NCBI GenBank assembly: GCA_038087875.1
Contig: JAXLNO010005841.1
Span: 1,302,001-1,366,000 of the forward strand
DNA: 64,000 bases
Direction of reading: 5' to 3'
Source: Malacoraja senta
Lineage: Eukaryota
Of this stretch, positions 52,716 to 64,000 are shown in pieces (position 1 is the stretch's first letter; each line of letters opens with the position of its first letter). The position numbers and the translations under genes are program-made. The notes under the pieces were generated by a model. It saw only the letters and a list, made by a program, of their open reading frames with translations. It was not told where the DNA came from and ran no database searches.

Positions 52716-53768
52716 AGAGAAGGAGAATCAAGGGAGAACACAAACAGCGTTACTCTGCACTGACCACATCACACTATCGCCGGCCGCCCATCTCCACCCC
52801 TCCATACGGTATATGGAACGAGCTTTCAAAGGGGTTATTCCCAGAGAGATATGTGACTCTCGCAATAGACAATAGACAATAGACAATTGGTGCAGGAGTA
52901 GGCCATCGGCCCTTCAAACCAGCACCGCCATTCAATGTGATCATGGCTGATCATCCACAATCAGTATCCCGTTCCTGCCTTCTCCGTACATCCCCTGACT
53001 CCGCTATCTTCAAGAGCTCTATCTAGCTCTCTCTCTAGAAAGGTTCCAGAGAACTGGCCCCCACTGAGGCAGAGAATTCCACAGACTCACAATTCTGAGT
53101 GAAAAAGTGCTTCCTCATTTCCGCTCTAAATGGCTTACCCCTTATTCTTAAACTGTGGCCCCTCCTCTGGATTCCCCTCACATTGTGGCCTCAGTGCTGT
53201 CCTTCCCACAGTGCGGATCAGTTTCAGTATTGCCCCATCCACGATGAATGGCTCCTCGGTACTTTCCCTACCACATTGCAAAACGCCTTTTGTGTGGTGC
53301 TCCTTCCACAGTGGGACACTCTGTCAGTGATGCCCTTCCAGAAAGGTCGACACATAATGCTAGAATAACTCAGCGGTACAGGCAGCATCTCTGGAGAGAT
53401 TGTAGCTCTACAATGCACAAGCTCCATCACCGCCCTATTGCCATTGCAGGGAATTATTGATCTGCCTCCTACATCTCTTGTGTGACCTTCGCTTCGCACA
53501 TTACTTAATTTGCTTGCAGCTCTGAATCTGAAACGGGACGACTGGAACTAATTTCACAACATATTTTATTTCCCAGCTGAAATATAATGACATTTCACTC
53601 TGGTGGTGTTACTGAACTTCGAACCGCACGACGCAGCACAGAGGCAACGCAGCTCTACAGGTGAGCTGATAAAGAGCCAACATTGTACTTTGAAGCAGCA
53701 ACGTACGAGACTGGCGCTGTCAGTGAGACCGTGACATTTTTCGGTGCTCAGAGCGATTGCTTTGAATT

Positions 53769-53964
53769 ATGATCGTGGGACAGCTGAGCGAGAAGGTCAA
53801 ATTGTTTTTGACGTTTGCGGCCGGGGTCATAGAGTGCATCGGCTTTGCGGGTGTGATCCAAGGCTGGCCTTCCCTGGTCTTTGTGCTGAAGGAGGAAGAC
53901 TACTTCGCTGACCTCTGTATCCCTCTGTACAACTCCAGCGATGCTGGGACGAGGAATTCTACTG
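53769..53964 (+). CDS. slc43a3: SLC43A3-like (equilibrative nucleobase transporter, MFS) coding exon 1
   Basis: [30 protein letters not shown] matches the recalled SLC43A3 N-terminus ([30 protein letters not shown]); phase-1 donor G|GTGAGT at 53965. Confidence 0.85.
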
Positions 53965-54839
53965 GTGAGTGACCGGGAATAGTACAGGGGGAGAAGGAAG
54001 TCGAGGTGTCATTGGAAATGAGAAGCAAGACTCATCAGATGCTGGAATTTCGGGCAAAACATAAAGTGCTGCAGGAAGTCTGGGGATCAGGCAACCTTTA
54101 TGGAGAGAATGGGCATGTGACGAATCGAGTGGAAGCCTTTTCCCAGATGGTTGTATTTGGGAGGAAACTGGAAAAGATCGATGGGTACTGGGGCGAAGTC
54201 GTTGCTGGATACATTTGAGGAGTGTAGGGAGGGGGGGGGGTTAGTGACCGGTGGGTGGAGTAATTGACTGGTGAGAAGGAAAAATGAGACAATTTCCTGT
54301 AAGGTGAGCAGAGATATGGAGGAGTGTGATGTAAATCCGGAGGCGGTCTAGAGGTAGGATGGTGACGTGAGGTATTTTGAAGAGGGGAAATTGATTAAGT
54401 TTAGCTTTCGGTTTAGTTTCATTGTTGTCAGGTTTACCGAGGTACTGTGGAAAAATGTTTTGCTATCCAAATTTGTTTTGCTCTCCCACAAATCAGGCAA
54501 TACTATACCTAAATATTGAAACGAAAACCAACTTGCAGTTTTATACGGTTTCGGTTAGGTCGCAGTTGGAGTATTGCACTTGGGGGTCGCCAATTCAGCA
54601 AGGATTTCGAGACTTTGGAAAGGGTTCAGATGAGGGTCATCGAGTTGCTGCTCGAATCAGGGGATATTCGTTACAGGGAGATGTCAGACAGATTTGCATT
54701 GTGTTCTCTCACACTCTGGAGGCTGAGGAAAGCCATGTAGAAGTGTATAACATCATGAGAGGCATAAATAATTTAGTCAGTCAGAACCTTATTCCCCCGG
54801 ATGGAAAAATCCTATTCAAGAGGGAATAAGATTCCCTCT

Positions 54840-55487
54840 CCAGAGAAGAAAGCGCACCAACGCCTCTACTTCCTTACAAAGCTGAGGAAATTCGGAATGT
54901 CCCGTAAATCTTCACCAACATTTACAGATGCACCACAGAAAGCATTTCATCAGAGTGCATCACAGCTTGTTTTGGGAACAGCTCGCAAGAGCGCAAGAGA
55001 TTGTAGCGAATTGTGGACGCAGCCCAGACCATCATACAGACGAACCTCTCTTTTAATGACTGTATTGATACCTCACGCTGCCTCGGCAAGGCCAGCAGCA
55101 TAATCAAGAATGAGTCGCGCCCTGGCCACTCCTTCTTCTCCCCTCTCCCATTAGGCAAAAGGTATAGAAGTGTGAAAACACACAACTCCAGATTCATGGA
55201 CAGTTTCTCCCCAGGTGTTATCATGCAATTAAATCACCCTACCCCAAACAGAGAAAGTCTTTGAACTACTATCTATCACATGGTGACCCTCGGACTTTCC
55301 TTGATCGGAATTTGCCGGCTTTACCTTGAATTAAGCATCACCCCCCTCTTCATGAATCTCTACACTGTAAATTGATCTATTGTAATCATGTATTGTCTTT
55401 CTGCTAACTCGATAGCATTCAACGAAAGCTTTTCACCGTGCCGAAGTACACGTGATAATAAACTAAACTGAACTGAGTTTGAGTTTA
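54840..55487 (+). mobile_element. Rex1/Babar 3' fragment in SLC43A3 intron 1
   Basis: KKAHQRLYFLTKLRKFG motif and an AATAAA(CTAAA/CTGAA) tail. Confidence 0.75.
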
Positions 55488-56012
55488 GAGGGGCAAGGTT
55501 TAATGGATATCCGCGGAGCATATTCTTTATAGATGAGGCGGTGAGTGCCCGGAACACGCTGCCAGTGGCCGTGGCTGAGGCAGAGTCAATAATGACATTT
55601 GAGAGACTTTTGGACGGGTATGTAGGGACCGGCGCGATATAAATTATGTGCAGGCTGATAAGATTTGGTTTTGTCATTAGCACAGACAATGTCGGCTGAA
55701 TGGCCTGATCTGTACTGTACTTCATTTTATTACTTTGCCTCACCTAATTGTATCTACAGGTCTGCCTGTATCTACCTGATAGAAATCAGGTTTCCCTTTC
55801 AAATGTACTCCCACTTTTAACCCCACATCGGCCTTTTACTTTATTACCCTCTCTCATCTTCATCGCGCTCCCTCCTCTACAGAAGACATGTATTCCACTG
55901 TATTTCCCTTTCCCCGTACCGCACCTGCGCTGTCCGTCCCTCGCTCACTCTCCACCTCTCTCTCATTGTCTCTCTCTTTCTCTCTCCCTCTCTCTCTCAC
56001 TCTTTCTCTCAG

Positions 56013-56145
56013 TGGAATGCGATCCGCAGGACGAACGCTTCACCCTCATCTTCACCATTGCCGTTTTGATCATGAATATCGCGTGTATTGCCAGTGGGGC
56101 GCTGCTCGACTACTGCGGAATCATGCCAACCCGCTTCCTGGCCAT
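56013..56145 (+). CDS. slc43a3: SLC43A3-like coding exon 2
   Basis: A long CT tract and AG acceptor end at 56012. (V)ECDPQDERFTLIFTIAVLIMN...GALLDYCG..TRFLA matches SLC43A3 DCKAQDERFSLIFT; donor AT|GTAAGT at 56146; phase compatible with exon 1. No exon 3 was found in the window. Confidence 0.87.
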
Positions 56146-56249
56146 GTAAGTCACTCTGGGCACCGGATCAGTGGTTACTGCGCCTTCGCAAAGGCAAGCG
56201 GGTGGTTTGCGGAAGCTGTGTGCGGCAGACAAGGTTCTTTAGGAGGATA

Positions 56250-59200
56250 GGCAATAGACAATAGACAATAGACAATAGGTGCAGGGCTGATCATGTTCAA
56301 TCAGTACCCCGTTCCTGCCTTCTTCCCATATCCCATGACTCCGTTATATTTAAGAGCCATATCTAGCTCTCTCTTGAAAGCATCCAGAGAATCTGCCTCC
56401 ACCGCCCTCGGAGGCAGAGAATGCCACAGACTCACCACTCTCTGTGAGAAAAAGTGTTTCCTCGTCTCCGTTCTAAATGGACTCCTTATTCTTAAACTGT
56501 GGCCCCTGGTTCTAGACTCCCCCAACATCGGGAACCTGCCTCTAGCGTGTCCAAGCCCTTAACAATCTTATATGTTTCAATGAGATAGCCGCTCATCCTT
56601 CTAAACTCCAGAGTGTACAAGCCCAGCTGCTCCATTCTCTCAGCATATGACAGTCCCGCCATCCCGGGAATTAACCTTGCTACGCTGCACTCACTCAATA
56701 GCAAGAATGTCCTTCCTCAAATTAGGGGACCAAAACTGCACACAATACTCCAGGTGCGGTCTCACTAGGGATCTGTACAACTGCAGAAGGACCTCTTTGC
56801 TTCCATATTCGATTCCTCTTGTTATAAAGGCCAACATGCAATTCACTTTCTTCACTGCCTGCTGTACTTGCATGCTTACTTTCATAGACTGATGTACAAG
56901 GACCCCCAGATCCCGTTGTACTTCCTATTTTCCCAACGATGCCATTTAGATAGTAATCTGCCTTCCTGTTTTTGCTACCAAAGTGGATAACTCACATTTA
57001 TCCGCATTAAACTTCATCTGCCATGCATCTCCCAACCTGTCCAAGTCACCCTGCATTCTCATAGCATCCTCCTCACAGTTCACACTGCCACCCAGCTTTG
57101 TGTCATCTGCGAATTTGCTAATGTTACTTTGAATCCCTTCATCCAAATCATTGATGTATATTGTAAATAACTGCGGTCCCGGCACCGAGCCTTGCGGTAC
57201 CCCACTAGTCACTGCCTGTCATTCTGAAAGGGATCCGTTAATCCCTACTCTTTGTTTCCTGTCTGCCAACCACTTCTCTATCCATGTCTGCACTCTACCC
57301 CCAATACCATGTGCCCTAATTTCGCCCACTAATCTCCTATGTGGGACCTTATCAAATGCTTTCAGAAAGTCCAGGTACACTATGTCCAGGCTACTGTTTG
57401 GGGGCCTGTAGATTAGCCCCATTTGTGTCTTTTTACCCTTACAATTCCTTAGTTCTATCCAAACTGACTCCACATCTCCTGATACAATGTCACCCCTTGA
57501 AAGGGACTGAATTTCATTCCTCGCCAACAGGGCAACCCCACCCCCTCTGCCCACCTGTCTGTCTTTTCGATAGACATAAAACGCTGGAGTAACTCAGCCG
57601 GACAGGCAGCATCTCTGGGGAGGAGGAATAGGTGACATTTCGGGTCGAAAACCTTCTTCAGACTAGGAGGATATTCAGGAAGATATGCCCGGAGTCACGT
57701 TGCCCCACAGGTTCCGGCAGGGAGGTTTAGCAAGCGAGGACCTTATTCTTCGGAGTGCAAGAGGCGGAGAGGTAATCGCATGTGACGGTATAAAATCATG
57801 ATGGGATTAGAAGTGACTCATGTACATGATTTTTCTCCGATGTTTTACAGTGGAATCCGAAAATAGATGGCATGGATTTAAGTTTACAGGAAAAACATTT
57901 AGCAGGAACATGAGGGGCAACTCTTTCTCACATATGGGACAGGGTACATGAAATTAGATAGTGGTTGAGGCTGATGCAATAACCAGAAATAAATCTCTTA
58001 CAGGAGAGCGATTGCAATAAAACCTCACTTCCATTAAAAATAATAGCAACATAATTAGACCATTCGGCCCATCGAGACCAGCCATTCGATCATGGCAGGT
58101 TTTTTTAATCCTTCATAAACCCATTCACCTGCCTTCTCCCCGTAATATTTTACGTCCTTGCTCATTAAGAACCTATCATTCTCCGCTTTAAAAAATGCAC
58201 AATGACATAACTTCCACAACCGTGTGTGTGTCAAAGAATTACGTGGATTCACCACCATCGGGCTAATGAAATTCTTCCTCGTATCCAATCATAGAAACAT
58301 AGAAACATAGAAAATAGGTGCAGGAGTAGGCCATTCGACCCTTCGAGCCTGCACCGCCATTCAATATGATCATGGCTGATCATCCAACTGAGTATCCTGT
58401 ACCTGCCTTCTCTCCATACCCCTGATCCCTTTAGCCACAAGGGCCACATCTAACTCCCTCTTAAATATAGCCAATGAACTGGCCTCAACTACCTTCTGTC
58501 GCAGAGAGTTCCAGAGATTCACCACTCTCTGTGTGAAAAATGTTTTTCTCATCTCGGTCCTAAAGGATTTCCCCTTTATTCTTAAACTGTGACCCCTTGT
58601 CCTGGACTTCCCCAACATTGGGAACAATCTTCCTGCATCTAGCCTGTCCAACCCCTTAAGAATTTTGTACGTTTCTATAAGAGCCCCCCTCAATCTTCTA
58701 AATTCTAGCGAGTACAAGCCGAGTCTATCCAGTCTTTCTTCATATGAAAGTCCTGACATCCCAGGAATCAGTCTGGTGAACCTTTTCTGTACCCCCTCTA
58801 TGGCAAGAATGTCTTTCCTCAGATTTGGAGGCTAAAACTGTACGCAATACTCCAGGTGTGGTCTCACCAAGACCCTGTACAACTGCACTAGAACCTCCCT
58901 GCTCCTATACTCAAATCCTTTTGCTATGAATGCTAACATACCATTCGCTTTCTTCACTGCCTGCTGCACCTGCATGCCTACTTTCAATGACTGGTGTACC
59001 ATGACACCCAGATGTCGTTGCATTTCCCCTTTTCCTAATCGGCCATCATTTAGATAATAGTCTACTTTCCTGTTTTTGCCCCCAAAGTGGACAACCTCAC
59101 ATTTATCCACATTATACTGCATCTTCCATGCATTTGCCCACTCACCCAGCCTATCCAAGTCACCTTGCAGCCTCCTAGCATCCTCCTCACAGCTAACACT

Positions 59201-59275
59201 GCCCCCCAGCTTCGTGTCTTCCGCAAACTTGGAGATGTTGCATTCAATTCCCTCGTCCAAATCATTAATATCAAT
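56250..59275 (-). mobile_element. Cluster of antisense CR1 3' fragments (56250-57570 and 58290-59275) in SLC43A3 intron 2
   Basis: RT motifs KFADD/KFAED and RPHLEYCVQF; AGACAAT and CATAGAAA tails. Further decayed CR1 pieces at about 1740-3465, 4130-4960, 5880-6760, 7380-9167, 45600-50345 and 60640-62930. Confidence 0.88.
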
Positions 59276-62200
59276 CTTAGGCATGCCGTCTGATTCTGAG
59301 GCTGTGCCCTCTGGTCCTAGGCATTCCCTCTAGTGGAAGCATCCTCGGTACATGCACTCTATAAGGGTCTTTTTTTTCGCCTTCCATCACGATGAGGAAT
59401 GTGGAGGAGTCACTGTGGTGAATCTTTATGTTAAAATGTATTTTGTGTGTCTTGTTGCTTTTTATTGGTATGACTGTATGGCAAATCAAATTCATCGTAT
59501 GTTGTAAAACACGCTTGGCTAGTAAAGTATCATTATGATTATGATTCTTCGATGGGGATATGGTGATCGGATATTTGATCAGCAGGTTCATAAGATCGTG
59601 GGGTTCTACAAATATTTATCGGTGCAGTAAGGAGTTAGCAGAGCCGCTGCCTCGCTGCGCCAGAGCACCGAGTTCGATAATGACATCGGATGCTGTCTGC
59701 CTGTTTTTTTTTTGTTTCTCCCCATGACGTCATGCATTTCCTACCATTGCACCGGTTTTCCCCACCCACATCGCAAATACGTACTGGTTTGTATTTTAAT
59801 TGGCCTTTGTAAATTTAACTTAATGTGCAGGGAGTGGATGCAAAAGTGAGATAACATAGAAGGGATTATCGATAATCAACTTGGTTTACGAGGGCTTCAG
59901 GGCCTATTTCGATGTTGTATATTAAAAAAAATTAAACGAAAGTGCTTGTAACGCTAAGGCTATCCGGTGGAGGGCTTATGGTGTGTGAATGGATTTAAGA
60001 TGGACCTCGGGATCAACCTTTCTTCAGACATTAGTTCAAGAGTCGCTTCCACGCATATGGACGGCGGGGGATGAATATTGCTAAAAAAAAACGTAACCCC
60101 TTCCCCAGTCGCTGCGCGACCTGCCGAGTATTCTCTGCTTTTATGCCCCAAATAACCCGTGAGCTCTATTAGCCCCTGGTTATTGTGGGGGAAGGGGGTG
60201 GGTGGGGAGCAGTGATTATAGGACAGGCGATGGCCATTGTAATGCGCGTCACAACCTCGCAGAGTTGAAAACATTATTTTCAGTTCTGGATAATGTCAGT
60301 GTTTGGACATTTAACGAGACAAGGATGTGTGGACTTCGAATCACAGAGTACTGAAAAGGATCCGTCGGCCCAACTCGTCCAAATGATCAAAATGCCTCAT
60401 CGAAACTGGTCCAATTTGTTTTTTGGCCGATATCCTTTTCATGATTTACTATCCACGTACTTGTCTTTTAAATGCTTTCACAGTAACTGCCTCAACCACC
60501 TCCTCGGGCAGTTCAGTCCTTATATCCAACATACTTTGATTATAACGGTTGCCCTTTTGATCACAACTAAATTTGTCTCCACTCGAATTTCACCGACGTC
60601 GTTTGCTTCTTGATTTTCCGACCCTGGGAAAACTCCTACCATATATTTGGGTAGGCCATTTCGGACTGAAGTGAAGAAGCCCGAGAGTTGTGCATCTGAA
60701 GAATTTGGAGTAAAATACGTAGAGGAGTTGGCTAACTAATCAATGAGAACGTCACGGCAGCTTCAGAGAGGGTATACAGGAGGTTATATTATACGTTGAA
60801 CTAAAAAATAGCAAATGAGCGATTGCTCCAATGCGATTATATTATAGGCCACCCAATAGCTAGAGGCAGATGAACGATCATATATGTAGACAGCTTGTTT
60901 AGGATATAGTAATGGGTAACTCTAAGTTCCCGAATCATTTCAAGAGGATTAGACGCAGCCGAACGCGTAAAATGTATCCAGTAAGGTTTCCTTATATAGT
61001 ATGGGGATAGTACGATCCGAAGAGTGAATATACTGGACCTTGTTTAGGGAAAGGGCCCTACACACATGACTGATGTTGCGATGGAAGAGCATTTTGGAGA
61101 TAGTGATCACAAATGCTTTAAGATTGTTCTGAATAGGGTTAGGTTGGAAAAGTACTAAATTGGGCCAAGGTAGATTACAATGACATTAGGTAGGAGCTAA
61201 GGAGGATAGATTGGCAGAAATTTCTATTAGAAAAGTCCACAGATGACTCGTTGGAGTCTTTTAAATGTCATCTGATCAAAGTGCAGGATCAGCATCTTCC
61301 AGTAAAGGATAATGACGGTAAGGTAAGAGAAATGATGATGGCCAAGGAGGTTGTAAGTTTGGTCCAAAGTAAAGGGAAGCGATAGTCGGGTGTAAGAACG
61401 CGGCATCAGACGGGGCTTATGAGGAATATAATCGGAGTAGGAAAAAATCAAGTGGGCGATTGGAAGGGCCAAAAGGGGCCATGAAATGTCATTGGGTATT
61501 GTGTTAATGAAAATGCTAAACCTCTATATACGCCCGTGACCAGGAAGAAAGTAGAACCGCTCAGGGACAAAGGAGAAAATCTGTGCTTGATGTAGCAAGA
61601 TGTAGGCGAAATACTAAACATGTACTTTGCATGTGTATTTACCGAGGAGAATTAATTGGAGGACAGCGAGATCCGTGTGGAGCAGACTAAAATGTGGAAT
61701 CGAGAAGGAGGTGTTCCGGAGGTACATCAAGATCAATAAAGATAGATACAAAATAATGGAGTAACCCAGCGGGACTGGCAGAATCTCCGGACAAAGCTAA
61801 TGGGAGATGTTTCGGGTCGAGGCGGTTCTTCGTTAAGTTCGATGTCCGTAGGACCTGATGAGATCCATCCCATGTTATTGACCGATGCAAACAGAGATAT
61901 GGGGTGCATTGCTGAGAATTTTTGCTTGTTTTCCAGCCATAGAAAAGGACTGGAGAACTGGAGAGTGCTAATGGTGTTCCTTTGTTTAATCAGGGAAGTA
62001 GAGATGATCTAGGAAACTAGAGGACAGTAAGCCTCAGGTCAGTGGCAGGTAGATTATTGGAGAGAAATATTCGGGATAGTATTTACTCCCATTTGGAAAA
62101 GATTGGGCTGATTGGGGATAGCCAGCACCACTTTGTCACGGTAGATCGTGTCACACTGTCTGGGAGGAGATTTCCGAGGAGGTGACGAAGGAGGTTGATG

Positions 62201-63600
62201 AAGATAGCTCGGTTGATGCTGTATACATAGATTGAAGTAAGACCAACCTTTGATTAGGACGCTCCTGGTAGGCTGATCCAGAAGATGCGGATATACGGTA
62301 TTCACGAGGTCGTATGTATTCAGAACTGGCTTATTCATATAAGACAGAGGAATATGGTGGAAATTAAACATTTTGGCTGATGGTTTCTGGCCAGTAGCTT
62401 TCCTCAGTGATATGCGCCGGCAATCTTTTGTTTGTGATGGATACAGTATATATATATATATATGCAGAGGGATATTCGAGTCTAAGTTTGTAGATCAATG
62501 CATGTGGTGGCACAAATAGCTAGGGTAGTAAAGAAGGCAGATGTAATGCTTGCCTTCATTGCTCGAGGCATTGTATATAATAGTCAGGAAGTCATGATAC
62601 TATAGAACTCAGGCATTATTTGGAGTATTGCGTGCAGTTCTGGCTCGTTCTTCACTGGAAAGTTGAAGAGGCCTCAGAAGGAGTGCAAAGTACCTTTGCC
62701 AGAATGCTACGTGTATTAAAGGGTTTCAGATAGAAACATAGAAACATAGAAACATAGAAACGTAGAAAATAGGTGCACGAGGAGGCCATACGGCCCTTCG
62801 AACCAGCACCAGCATTCATTGTGATCATGGCTGATCGTGCCCAATCAATAACCCGTGCATGCCTTCTCCCCATATCCCTTGATTCCACTAGCCCCTAGAG
62901 CTCTATCTAACCCTCTCGTAAATCCATCCAGATACAGCGAGAATTTTGACCGTCTTGGTTTCTTTTTTTCTGGCACAGCAGAGCATGCAGGGACGATTAA
63001 TACAATTATGAGGGGCACGAATAGGGCAGACAGTCAGATACTTTTTTCCCCACGGTATTTTCAATAGTGGAGAACATAGATATAATGCTCGAGAAAGGAG
63101 CGTTTTATAGAGACTAGACTAAGTGGGACCCAGCTTCACACGGGAGGGGAAGTCCCCCAACGTAATATTCCACCTCTCCACTAATTCCAATATTACTGTC
63201 CAGTTGGGGTAGGGGCTTTCTGGAGCGCTAGCATGAGTGTTGTGGACCGAAGGGACTGGTTTCCAGAGGGCTAGTATGGACATTGTGGGCCGAATGGATT
63301 ATTGGGCTCGAAACTCAGTCACAGGCCTGGCAGCTCAGTAACTCAGGCTTGGCGGGCTGGCAGCTCAAAAACTTCCAGAAATTCTGCCGAAAGACTGACA
63401 GACTGTGAGAGAGGCGGGGGAGAGGGTGGACAATCAATTTGAGACATTTTCATCTTTTTTTACATACCAAAGTAATGAAGGGTGAAAGTCTATGCTTGCG
63501 TGGAACTCTGGAGCGTTAGTATGGGTGTTGTGGGCTGAAAGGACCGGTTTCCAGAGGGCTAGTATGGACATTGTTAACTGAAGGAATTATTGGACTCGCA

Positions 63601-63793
63601 GTTCAGTGAGTCATGCCTGGTGGGCTGGCACTTCAGTCACTTCCAGCTGGTGAGCTGGCAGTTCACTGACTCATGCCTGGTGGGCTGGCAGTCCAGTGAC
63701 TTATGGCTGGTGGGCTGGCTGTTTACTTACTCATGGCTGATTGGCTGGCATTCCAGTCACTCATGGCTGGTGGGTTGGCAGTTCACTCAGTCA
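63601..63793 (+). repeat. 30-bp minisatellite, about 6.4 copies
   Basis: Consensus approximately GTTCA(C/G)TGACTCATG(C/G)CTGGTGGGCTGGCA repeated in exact 30-nt register. Confidence 0.95.
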
Positions 63794-64000
63794 CCCCTCC
63801 TCCCTTCACCACCCCCCCCACTCTGCTCCTTGCCATTCCCCTCCCCCATGCATTCAGTCCCTCTCCCCTCAGCCTCCCCCCCCCATGCACTATTAGTGGC
63901 TCTCCGACAACGCAGCTTTTCCTGCCCATTAGTTGCCCATTCTGATGAAGAATACGCAGGCATGGCAAGTGGAAAAAGGATTTATTAAAGTTTAAAATGT

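Noticed and set aside
53175-53360. Possible upstream exon of SLC43A3 or another gene
   Set aside because: It has no recognisable homology or consistent splice signals and is embedded among repeat fragments.
55748-56012. N-terminal part of the 133-aa ORF
   Set aside because: It is an intronic CT tract; only 56013-56145 is exon.
63590-63988. ORF with 10-aa Trp-rich repeats
   Set aside because: It is the translation of the 30-bp minisatellite, with no splice or homology support.

Overview
Repeat-dense eukaryotic DNA, very probably from a cartilaginous fish and most likely a skate or ray. The evidence is HE1-type SINEs, CR1/HER1-type LINEs, Penelope termini and a germline-joined type I Ig light chain. 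Two host genes are supported. (1) An intact immunoglobulin light-chain cluster (leader 16695-16743, pre-joined VJ 16891-17250, C 19084-19412; 245 aa) of the type I/sigma-cart class, with no RSS and an extra Cys in the C domain. (2) The first two coding exons of an SLC43A3-like transporter (53769-53964, 56013-56145). Most of the rest is transposon debris. This includes a TSD-resolved four-level nest (CR1 > L1 > Rex1/Babar > Harbinger-like MITE), a class I (gamma/epsilon-like) ERV gag-pol remnant interrupted by a hAT-like MITE and a 102-bp Penelope unit, and several Penelope-type minimal hammerhead ribozyme motifs. The most novel-looking signal is a family of GC-rich non-coding retroposon-like inserts whose diverged copies keep the same stem-loops through compensatory changes. 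Family names come from motif recognition, not database searches, and boundaries of old repeats are approximate. There is a 257-N assembly gap at 9168-9424.
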